24,000 nt of DNA from Prochlorococcus sp. MIT 1223 (GCF_034092465.1 NZ_CP139303.1:686865-710864); one strand, 5' to 3'. Counted from the first letter of the stretch, positions 1-6,659 are shown. The notes: generated by a model from the letters alone, not told the origin. A program made the numbers and translations.

Positions 1-3000
1 TGAATATCTTTTATATGGTTCTTTGATATCCCTCTAAAGTAATAACTATTCCACTCTTCATAACCCATCCCCAATGATTGTGTAAAATCACTAATTGAAT
101 CTTCAAATCGTCCAATTTGCCCTTTTGCTAAACCTCTCCAATAATAATGACTTCCTTCTTCAGGTTTGATATCTATTGACTTTGAATAATCATCTATCGC
201 TTCTTGATAACAACCACTTTGAAACTTTGCGTATCCTCTATTTGCATAAAGCAGAGCATCATTAGGGTCAGTTTCTATTGCAGTATCAAAATCCTTAATC
301 GCCTCTTCATAATTTTCTAAATTATATGAGTTTACTGAACCACGACTATTAAGAGCATATTTATTTGAAGGGTTTATTTCTATTGCCAATGCATACTCTT
401 CTATTGCTCCTTCGATATCTCCAGATTCTTCTTTTGCTCTACCAATTTTCCATACATGATTATCTTCTTTAATATATTCTGCTGCCTCAAATTGAGTAAC
501 GAAACCAATCTGCTCTTCTAAGGTTAAATCTTTTGGATCTTCTTTTTCTTCTAGTGGACCTTCCCTACATATATAAGCATCAACCCAATCAGAACAGGCA
601 CCTTGAAAATCACCTAGTTCGTTTCTTGAATTGCCACGAAGAACATATGAACTGCAATCTTTTCTATTAACACTAATTGCTTTTGTATAATCTTCAATTG
701 CTCCTTGATGATCATTTAATTCTGATTTCTTATAAGCAATTAACTTATGAATTTTCAAAGAATAATCGTCCTCATCTTTAAGCGACTTTGCTATTAACAA
801 ATCCTTAAAAAAATCATCTATATTATTATCTCTTGCATGCAATAATCCCCTATTGAAATAAAAAACCGGATCATCATTACTGTTCTCAATACATATATTT
901 AAGTCACTTATAGAACCTTTCAAATCACCTATATCGGACCGGCAAATTGCTCTCTTGTAATAAGCATCATATTGATTTGAATTCAGATCTATCGCCTTAT
1001 TATAATCTTCGATTGCACCTTTTATGTCAGGAATATCAAAACTATTTTTTGTTATACCTCTAGAAAAATAAGCATTTGGTGAATCAGGATTTAATTCAAT
1101 TGCCTTAGTAAAATTCTGAATTGCGCTTACATATTGACCCAATTCAAACATTATTTTTCCTCGCCAATAATAAGTAGTCGATTCCTTAAAATCTTCTTTC
1201 TCATCCTTCAGTTTAATTATCATATCTATTGCCTTATCTATTTCAGATGCACTTGCTTCACCCCATGAGTCTTTTAAATATATTTCTTTAGCATCATTAA
1301 ATTCTTTTACTGAACCTTTGTAGTCCCCTAAAGCAAATCTAAAAGTTCCTAGGTCGTGTTTTAACCTTGCTTGAAAACTACTATTGTCTTCCATATGATT
1401 TGCCGTCATATCAATTGCCTCTTGATGATTGCCTAACAGTGACTTACATCTAATAACATCGAATGGAATGTCAAAGTCTTCATCTTTTTCGTAATCAGCA
1501 ATTGCGCCTTCATAATCACCCAACATCTCTTTTAATTGCCCTCTCTTTTCATAAGGTTTTTCACAAAACAAATCAGGGTCAATTTCTATTGTTTTATCAA
1601 AGTCCGCAAGTGCATCTTTATAGTCTCCTAAGCGTTGTTTAATGATTGCTCGATTGAAATATGCTTTTGCACAGTTAGGGAAAAGACCTAATACTTTATT
1701 GCAATGTTCAACTCCTTTTATATATTCTCCATTATCACAAAAATCATTTGCTAAATCAGCAAAATAATTATCATGATTTTCTATTTTATTTTTTGCTGAT
1801 TCAACTTGATACTTATCAAACTCGTTTCCAGTCTTATTATATTTTTTTAAGTATAAAGTAGATTCTTGTTCCCAATCAGAAAAAGCACCTTCCAGATCAT
1901 CTATTTGTTTTCTTGTCTCAGCACGAAGACCGAATAGGTCTGGATCTTCTTGATCTAAATCTATTGCTTTATCAAAGTCTTTGATTGCTCCTTTATTACT
2001 ACCTAACCTTCTTATCATCAATGCTCTTTCTCTATAAGCAAGTGATCCATCCTCAGGTTTATATTTTGAATCAAGTTGTATTGACTTCGTAAAATCTCTA
2101 AGTGCACTTAATGGATCTGTAAACCTATTTTTGTCCGCCCTTGCATAGTAATCAGCGGCAGTTTTCAGATCATTTCCTAATAATATATTATCTTGCGTGC
2201 TTGTATCTACAACGTTCTTCAAGTTTTCTGCCAGTAATTTATCGGCATCTTTATTACCCAGTTTTGATGCTTCCTGCCAGTCATCACAAGCACCATTGAG
2301 ATCACCAGATTCTTTTTTTGCCTTCCCTCTATTTAAGTATGCTTCAGCATATTCTTCATCATCTAGTTCATCTTTTTTTAGAACTCTGCTGAAGTTTATA
2401 ATTGCTTCTTGATAGTTTTTTAATTCATATTGAATTAACCCTCTCCTGCTATATGCACGACCAATGGATGGATCAATACGTATTGCTCTACTTAATTCAT
2501 CCAATGCTCCTTGTGTATCTCCCAGTTGGTATTGGATATCAGCAATACTGAGTCTCAAACCATTGTGCTCAGGGTGCAGACCAAGATGTCTACGATAACT
2601 TCTTATTGCACCTTTTTTATCTTCTGTGAACCATTGTAGTCGTGCAAGGGAGACGTATACATTATTTTCTGCACAATCATCAGGATCAAGTTCAAGAGAT
2701 TTTTTATAGTCACTAATTGCACCTTGGTGATCACCTAAAGAATTCTTTGAATCTGCCCTGCATTGATATGCGACCTCATCCTCAGGTCTAAGTTCTATTA
2801 CTTTGCTCCAATCATTAATTTGTTCTTGATGGTCAACTTCTAAATTCGATTTAATTAATGCTCTGTATTGATAAAAGTCAGGATTCTTGGGGTCAATTGC
2901 TATTGCTTGGTTGTAATCATCTAATGCTTCTTTATAATTTTGTGCCATATATTTATCAAAACCACTTTTCGCAAATTCCTCCGCAGTAGATTTTTCTTGC

Positions 3001-3236
3001 ATTTCTGAACCAATTGTTTTCTCATTCAGATCAATTATATTTCGATCAGAATTTTTATCTTTAGGGACATTGTCTGAAGTTATCCTTTCTCGCTTTATAG
3101 GTCCATAATCTCTGTAATCAACTTTTGATGAACGAGAGTCAATTCTCGACGAATGAGAACTATTTCCCTGAGTGCCTACCTTGATTAAATACCATATAAA
3201 CCAAATGATAAAAACTAAGGCGATAAATTCTCCCAT
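1..3236 (-). CDS. Giant TPR-repeat protein with an N-terminal membrane anchor; 5'-complete, truncated by the window edge (>=1078 codons)
   Basis: Hand translation from the ATG at 3236 (minus) gives MGEFIALVFIIWFIWYLIKVGTQGNSSHSSRIDSRSSKVDYRDYGPIKRERITSDNVPKDKNSDRNIIDLNEKTIGSEMQEKSTAEEFAKSGFDKYMAQNYKEALDDYNQAIAIDPKNPDFYQYRA... This is a hydrophobic helix, a Ser/Arg/Lys linker, then canonical TPR units (A..Y..AI.IDP.N). Translating the same frame at bases 3-180 still gives TPR-like sequence (...GLAKGQIGRFEDSISDFTQSL...) with no stop. The ORF track has no complete minus-strand ORF here, consistent with one ORF running off the edge. Confidence 0.8.
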   Translation of the reverse strand, partial: MGEFIALVFIIWFIWYLIKVGTQGNSSHSSRIDSRSSKVDYRDYGPIKRERITSDNVPKDKNSDRNIIDLNEKTIGSEMQEKSTAEEFAKSGFDKYMAQNYKEALDDYNQAIAIDPKNPDFYQYRALIKSNLEVDHQEQINDWSKVIELRPEDEVAYQCRADSKNSLGDHQGAISDYKKSLELDPDDCAENNVYVSLARLQWFTEDKKGAIRSYRRHLGLHPEHNGLRLSIADIQYQLGDTQGALDELSRAIRIDPSIGRAYSRRGLIQYELKNYQEAIINFSRVLKKDELDDEEYAEAYLNRGKAKKESGDLNGACDDWQEASKLGNKDADKLLAENLKNVVDTSTQDNILLGNDLKTAADYYARADKNRFTDPLSALRDFTKSIQLDSKYKPEDGSLAYRERALMIRRLGSNKGAIKDFDKAIDLDQEDPDLFGLRAETRKQIDDLEGAFSDWEQESTLYLKKYNKTGNEFDKYQVESAKNKIENHDNYFADLANDFCDNGEYIKGVEHCNKVLGLFPNCAKAYFNRAIIKQRLGDYKDALADFDKTIEIDPDLFCEKPYEKRGQLKEMLGDYEGAIADYEKDEDFDIPFDVIRCKSLLGNHQEAIDMTANHMEDNSSFQARLKHDLGTFRFALGDYKGSVKEFNDAKEIYLKDSWGEASASEIDKAIDMIIKLKDEKEDFKESTTYYWRGKIMFELGQYVSAIQNFTKAIELNPDSPNAYFSRGITKNSFDIPDIKGAIEDYNKAIDLNSNQYDAYYKRAICRSDIGDLKGSISDLNICIENSNDDPVFYFNRGLLHARDNNIDDFFKDLLIAKSLKDEDDYSLKIHKLIAYKKSELNDHQGAIEDYTKAISVNRKDCSSYVLRGNSRNELGDFQGACSDWVDAYICREGPLEEKEDPKDLTLEEQIGFVTQFEAAEYIKEDNHVWKIGRAKEESGDIEGAIEEYALAIEINPSNKYALNSRGSVNSYNLENYEEAIKDFDTAIETDPNDALLYANRGYAKFQSGCYQEAIDDYSKSIDIKPEEGSHYYWRGLAKGQIGRFEDSISDFTQSLGMGYEEWNSYYFRGISKNHIKDI

Positions 3237-3515
3237 GCTTTTTTCTCTTAGGACTCATTGCAACTGATTTACTCATTTTAGTTAAGTCATTTTTTTCTAC
3301 CAAGACTCAATTTTTACAAGTAACACTTCAGAATGCAGTTCAGGGTTATTGCCACACTTTATAGCGTACTAAAAACTGGAGGGTATATATCACATCATTG
3401 ATAGCATTTAAAACTAATTGAAAATCCTCAAATTTGCTTCTATCTTTGTATCAATAAGGGTGTTTACTTCATTTAAGGGTTAGAATACTATTAACAGTGA
3501 TGGTTTCTAGCACAA

Positions 3516-4097
3516 ATGAATAAAATCATCGGTTACTCAAGAGTTTCTACTGGAGGACAGACCACAGATACCCAAGTTGCTGCTCTTAAAGAGGCAGGAT
3601 GTGAGGTTGTCTTTGAGGAAACCGTAAGCAGTAGAAAAGCAGAGAAAGATAGACCTCAACTTCAGGCAGCACTCACAGCACTTAGATCTGGAGATGAATT
3701 AGTCATAACCAAATTGGACAGGTTGGGAAGGTCTCAGGTTGAGGTTGTTAATCGACTTCACGAATTACAGGCACAAGGAATCAATGTTCGGACTTTGGAT
3801 GGTCTTGTTAATACAGCAGGTCTAGGTCAATTCGCACCAATCCTTATTGGACTCTTGTCTGGTCTTGCTGAGGTTGAAAGATCCCTAATTCAAGAACGCA
3901 CAAGAGAAAGCGTTGAGTTCAGAAGAAAGACAGGAGGAAATCTTGGAGGAAGACCTAAGACAGCACCTAAGAAAGAAAAGTTGGTATTGCGTCTAAGAGA
4001 AGAAGGTGAATCACTCAGGGGTATTAGAGAGCAAACAGGATTAGCAGTTGCAACTATCAGAAAAATCCTTGAGAGGAATAAAGAGGTGGCAGCATGA
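3516..4097 (+). CDS. Small serine site-specific recombinase (resolvase/DNA-invertase family, Hin/Gin-like, 193 aa)
   Basis: N-terminal catalytic motif GYSRVSTGGQ (nucleophile Ser), KLDRLGRS, LAEVERSLIQERT, GGRPK linker and a C-terminal HTH (LRGIREQTGLAVATIRKIL). Collinear with my recollection of Hin/Gin/gamma-delta resolvase. Hand-counted GC is 42-47% on two sampled 60-nt lines, versus 28% on a TPR-gene line. Confidence 0.9.
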   Translation: MNKIIGYSRVSTGGQTTDTQVAALKEAGCEVVFEETVSSRKAEKDRPQLQAALTALRSGDELVITKLDRLGRSQVEVVNRLHELQAQGINVRTLDGLVNTAGLGQFAPILIGLLSGLAEVERSLIQERTRESVEFRRKTGGNLGGRPKTAPKKEKLVLRLREEGESLRGIREQTGLAVATIRKILERNKEVAA

Positions 4098-4267
4098 CAA
4101 AGGTAATGATCGAATGGTTAGATCACCAAAATCGTTGGAGACATTATTCGAGTAGTCATCACGAACCCACTGCATATAAAACTGCACAGACTCGTGCAGA
4201 GAGGACTGGGAAGAGACACAGGATCACTTCTGAAGAAGGGTCTCTGATCGATGTATTTGAACCTTGA
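4094..4267 (+). CDS. Hypothetical 57-aa protein, translationally coupled to the recombinase (not in the ORF track, below its size cutoff)
   Basis: ATGA overlap with the recombinase stop (ATG 4094-4096 / TGA 4095-4097). GAGGTG Shine-Dalgarno-like motif ~6 nt upstream. Translation: MTKVMIEWLDHQNRWRHYSSSHHEPTAYKTAQTRAERTGKRHRITSEEGSLIDVFEP. No family recognised. Confidence 0.4.
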   Translation: MTKVMIEWLDHQNRWRHYSSSHHEPTAYKTAQTRAERTGKRHRITSEEGSLIDVFEP

Positions 4268-4273
4268 TTAGAC

Positions 4274-4465
4274 ATGTTCAAATTCATTCTTCTTGGACTT
4301 CTTTTCTTCAGTCCCTCAGTTGCATCTGCTCATATGTTGACCATTGAGGAGTACTGCGAAGACGTGACTCATAAGAATGTCGATCACACGAATATCTGTT
4401 ATCGGATCGTTTGGAATTATTGGAAAGAGTTCCACCAACACACACATGAAAAACCCCACCTGTGA
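4274..4465 (+). CDS. Hypothetical small secreted His-rich protein (63 aa)
   Basis: Sec-type signal peptide MFKFILLGLLFFSPSVASA|H. The mature part has 8 His and 2 Cys. It competes with an antisense ORF (4316..4507), and its 3' end contains a minus-strand terminator, so coding status is uncertain. Confidence 0.35.
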   Translation: MFKFILLGLLFFSPSVASAHMLTIEEYCEDVTHKNVDHTNICYRIVWNYWKEFHQHTHEKPHL

Positions 4466-4476
4466 AGAAGGTGGGG
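4449..4476 (-). terminator. Rho-independent terminator for the minus-strand micro-operon 5297->4538
   Basis: 8-bp GC-rich stem CCCCACCT (4454-4461) / AGGTGGGG (4469-4476) with a 7-nt loop. On the minus strand it is followed directly by TTTTT (complement of A4449-4453). It lies 62 nt downstream of the 4538 stop. An outer CACATG/CATGTG pairing (4443-4448 / 4477-4482) can extend it. Confidence 0.6.
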
Positions 4477-4537
4477 CATGTGAGTAGTGAGTTTTCTCCT
4501 TAATCAAAGTGATTGTTCAACACCTTGAAGTTCCAAT

Positions 4538-4696
4538 TCAAAACCCCTGCATAGGAGTCCAACCAATTCGAACTTTATTGAGTGTTCCTTCCTCACTTTT
4601 CCTCCAAAGAATCTCCTCGATTTCTTTTTGGAAAAGTTTGACTTCACTCGAGTCGTTGTATTCAACGATTAGTTGAAACTCAGCAAAGTCACTCAT
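4538..4696 (-). CDS. Hypothetical 52-aa protein (not in the ORF track)
   Basis: ATGA overlap with the upstream gene stop (ATG 4696-4694, TGA 4695-4693). GGAGG Shine-Dalgarno 10 nt upstream (complement of 4706-4710). Translation: MSDFAEFQLIVEYNDSSEVKLFQKEIEEILWRKSEEGTLNKVRIGWTPMQGF. Confidence 0.45.
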   Translation of the reverse strand: MSDFAEFQLIVEYNDSSEVKLFQKEIEEILWRKSEEGTLNKVRIGWTPMQGF

Positions 4697-5025
4697 ATGT
4701 TTTCATCCTCCAGTAGTCCTCTCTCTTCATCCACCCCTTCTAAAGATCCCCAAACATATTCATAGGTTGAACCCCAATGAATGCATTTAGTTTTGAGAAT
4801 TCTTTTATAGGGAATAATCGAAGAAATTGCATCTATAAATTCTTCAGTACCTGGATATTCATCAAACCAAAGTCTAACCTCGATCACCTGATTCTCTTCT
4901 TTAAAGGAGGGGGAAGGTAATTCACATAAAACGTGAAACTCTGGTTTAGAAGCAGCACTTTTCAAAATATCTGGATATCCATTATCCAAATAAAGGTCTG
5001 AATCAAATTCTGCACAGTAAGTCAT
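4693..5025 (-). CDS. Hypothetical 110-aa protein; start re-assigned from 5073 to the internal ATG at 5025
   Basis: The ORF-track ORF 4693..5073 overlaps the upstream gene by 52 nt. The internal Met (MTYCAEFDSD...) instead forms an ATGA overlap with the upstream stop (5025-5022) and has a GAGGG motif ~7 nt upstream. No family recognised. Confidence 0.55.
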   Translation of the reverse strand: MTYCAEFDSDLYLDNGYPDILKSAASKPEFHVLCELPSPSFKEENQVIEVRLWFDEYPGTEEFIDAISSIIPYKRILKTKCIHWGSTYEYVWGSLEGVDEERGLLEDENI

Positions 5026-5297
5026 TTGTTTCCCTCTTGAGTTGTTGGATAGAGTTCGTTCATGACAATCCAAAAGGAATCTGTGATGAATCTGACGTGT
5101 TTAGTTTCATAAGGAGTAAGTAGTTCAAAGAACACTCTTATCAATTCACTTTTAACCTTCACTTCCTCTAATTTCTTCTCACGATATTTTTGAATAAAGT
5201 TATAAGGAGATTGATGTTCGTATGTACGAATCCTAATTGGTTTTGGTCTGAGTTTAGGTACAGGTTTAATCTGTACTTGTTGAGTGGTTGTAGTCAT
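5022..5297 (-). CDS. Hypothetical 91-aa basic protein, first gene of a 3-gene coupled micro-operon
   Basis: ORF-track ORF starting MTTTTQQVQIKPVPKLRPKPIRIRTYEH... Its position and coupling to the downstream genes support it; no recognisable domain. Confidence 0.5.
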   Translation of the reverse strand: MTTTTQQVQIKPVPKLRPKPIRIRTYEHQSPYNFIQKYREKKLEEVKVKSELIRVFFELLTPYETKHVRFITDSFWIVMNELYPTTQEGNK

Positions 5298-5694
5298 AAT
5301 AAAAAGTATGGTATACAGTTTCCTGTCTCTTTGAAAGAGGAGTTTAGTGACAGTCAGGCATTGTCAAAAAGAGTAATTAACTAATTAATTTTCTTTACTT
5401 ATATCGCAGATTGAAATTGTTCGATTCATTCCGTTTCGATGAATATAGTATAGCACAGCAGAACAGGATATGGCGCGTATCTTTAGGATTTCTTTAGTAT
5501 TAGATCCCTTTTATATCAAAGGATCTAAAGCAGTATTTCTATTTAATTAGTATTAATATCTAATATACATTAATTGTTAATTGTAATCAACCTATAGGAG
5601 TAATTTTTATCCTGGAAAATATTTTGATATGGATTATTTCTCTCTTTCGATTTTGGTTCGTTGTAGGTTATGCAATTAATCAATTTAAATACAC

Positions 5695-5835
5695 TTAACC
5701 ATTCACATATCTGCGATTAATGTTGTCTATAAAGAACACCTGTATCTCTTTTGGATTGAAAGGGCGTTTATCTCTTCTCATCACTTCCTTGAGTTGTTCT
5801 AGTTGAACCTTGTTCAGTTTGAGGTTGATATTCAT
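5695..5835 (-). CDS. Hypothetical 46-aa protein (not in the ORF track)
   Basis: ATGA overlap with the stop of 5832..6023 (ATG 5835-5833 / TGA 5834-5832). Translation: MNINLKLNKVQLEQLKEVMRRDKRPFNPKEIQVFFIDNINRRYVNG. No obvious Shine-Dalgarno. Confidence 0.3.
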   Translation of the reverse strand: MNINLKLNKVQLEQLKEVMRRDKRPFNPKEIQVFFIDNINRRYVNG

Positions 5836-6023
5836 TTGGATGGAAACAGCAGTTGGTGACGTTCTGATCGGAGAGTCTTATACATCTGACTTTTATTCCA
5901 TCCGTAATGCCGCATTAGTGCCAACTCCTCTCTCTTTGTTCTCTCTTCTTCCCACTCGTGATAGGAGATCGTGGTCTTCCTTCTGGTTCCTTTAGTCCAC
6001 TTGGGTTGTGTATTGGTCTTCAT
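5832..6023 (-). CDS. Hypothetical 63-aa basic protein, possible stand-alone Hin/resolvase-C-terminal-like HTH DNA-binding protein
   Basis: The segment KGTRRKTTISYHEWEEERTKREELALMRHYGWNKSQMYKTL follows the pattern of serine-recombinase C-terminal domains. Basic G-x-R-x-K linker, then helix, then G-x-x-x-S-x-[LM]-Y-[KR]-x-[LF]; compare Hin ...GIGVSTLYRYF, from memory. By-eye resemblance only. Confidence 0.4.
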   Translation of the reverse strand: MKTNTQPKWTKGTRRKTTISYHEWEEERTKREELALMRHYGWNKSQMYKTLRSERHQLLFPSK

Positions 6024-6142
6024 GGGTTTACTTACTTTGTAGGGGCGTCAAGAGGTCTCTGGCGATCCTTTCTTGAGAGGATGCAGTCTGAGATACATCA
6101 CTCAACTACATTTCTAAATGTATTTATAATCATTTTTCTCCC

Positions 6143-6169
6143 CTAAAGTTACTCTAAAGCACCTCTAAG
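6143..6169. repeat. Three 11-bp-phased copies of CTAAAG/CTAAAG/CTAAG
   Basis: Copies start at 6143, 6154 and 6165 (cCTAAAGttact CTAAAGcacct CTAAGtaatcc). Confidence 0.6.
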
Positions 6170-6340
6170 TAATCCTTCAAAGGTTCTAATGGGGTTCCGA
6201 AAACCGACAGAGTTATTTATACAGTTACGTACAAATTATGGTCACTAGTTAATAATTATTTACAAAGAGTTTTGCTCTTCAGTTTAACTTAGCAATCAAG
6301 TCTTTAGGCACCTGTTATAGGAAATGATTACCCAAGTAAA

Positions 6341-6383
6341 ACCCGAACACATTTGCAAAAAACCCGAACACAACCCGAACACA
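6341..6383. repeat. Three exact copies of the 11-mer ACCCGAACACA (spacing 21 and 11 bp)
   Basis: Exact copies at 6341-6351, 6362-6372 and 6373-6383. The last two are directly tandem. The first two are each preceded by an A-run. Confidence 0.85.
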
Positions 6384-6504
6384 AATATTCCGAAGTTGAA
6401 CTATCCTGAATGCTTCGGGATAGTTCTTGTCTCTAAAACGTCTGTCATAGACCCATCTCGGGTCACTATAACTACTCAGGAGTAATCCTGATCAGTTAAA
6501 AATA

Positions 6505-6589
6505 CGGAGAGGGTGGGATTCGAACCCACGAACAGTTTCCTGTTAAACGATTTCGAGTCGTTCGCTTTCGACCACTCAGCCACCTCTCC
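6505..6589 (-). tRNA. tRNA-Ser (anticodon CGA), 85 nt, class II long variable arm, CCA not encoded
   Basis: The reverse complement folds by hand. Acceptor GGAGAGG/CCTCTCC plus discriminator G. Anticodon stem AACGA/TCGTT with loop CT-CGA-AA. Variable arm ACAG-GAAA-CTGT. T arm GTGGG-TTCGAAT-CCCAC. Confidence 0.9.
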
Positions 6590-6659
6590 TTAGCCTTAGC
6601 CTTAGCTAAGAGTAATTATTATTAATTGAAATTTCAAAAATATATTTTTTTCCTGAAGC

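Noticed and set aside
2197-2412. 71-aa plus-strand ORF from the ORF track
   Set aside because: It lies entirely antisense to the long TPR ORF. The sequence is low-complexity Ser/Phe-rich, as expected from reading TPR codons backwards.
3369-3384. Possible distal att repeat: TAAAAA-CT-GGAG-GGT versus TAAAAA-TAC-GGAG-AG-GGT at the tRNA 3' end
   Set aside because: Only 13 matching bases with two gaps, and part of the match lies outside the tRNA. It is suggestive because of its position at the expected cassette boundary, but statistically weak.
4316-4507. 63-aa minus-strand ORF
   Set aside because: It is antisense to the signal-peptide-bearing ORF 4274..4465 and would have to be read through the minus-strand terminator hairpin at 4449-4476. 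It has no start context. At most one of the pair is real, and this one looks the less likely.
5190-5384. 64-aa plus-strand ORF
   Set aside because: Most of it (5190-5297) is antisense to the coupled minus-strand gene 5022..5297. No supporting signals.
5403-5717. 9-bp inverted pair ATCGCAGAT (5403-5411) / ATCTGCGAT (5709-5717) that could flank an invertible or mobile ~300-bp segment
   Set aside because: A 9-mer inverted match within two ~300-bp stretches has roughly a one-in-three chance expectation, and the flanks do not extend the match.
5695-6023. The overlapping 63-aa / 46-aa gene pair as a toxin-antitoxin module
   Set aside because: Both products are much smaller than typical type II partners and match no toxin or antitoxin family I can recognise. 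ATGA coupling alone is not diagnostic.
5810-6146. Two overlapping plus-strand ORFs (5810..5995 and 5958..6146)
   Set aside because: They are antisense to the ATGA-coupled minus-strand pair 5695..5835 / 5832..6023. Their composition is hydrophobic and low-complexity, typical of shadow ORFs.
6195-6207. Hin/Gin crossover-site half-site look-alike TTCCGAAAACC-GA (compare gix TTCCTGTAAACC-GA, from memory). Other GGTTTTGG / GAAACC words occur at ~5237 and ~3611.
   Set aside because: Only half-sites match. No complete 26-bp imperfect palindrome was found, and no inverted pair bracketing a segment. AAACC-type words are too short to be meaningful alone, so an invertible-segment model is unsupported.
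6190-6214. tRNA T-arm-like sequence TGGGGTTCCGAAAACCGACAGAGTT, a possible relic of a duplicated tRNA-Ser 3' end (old att site)
   Set aside because: My best hand alignment to tRNA positions 6514-6538 gives only ~19 matches over ~29 columns with several gaps. T-arm-like GGTTCGAA words are easy to find by chance. It needs a proper alignment or comparison with empty sites before being called an att remnant.
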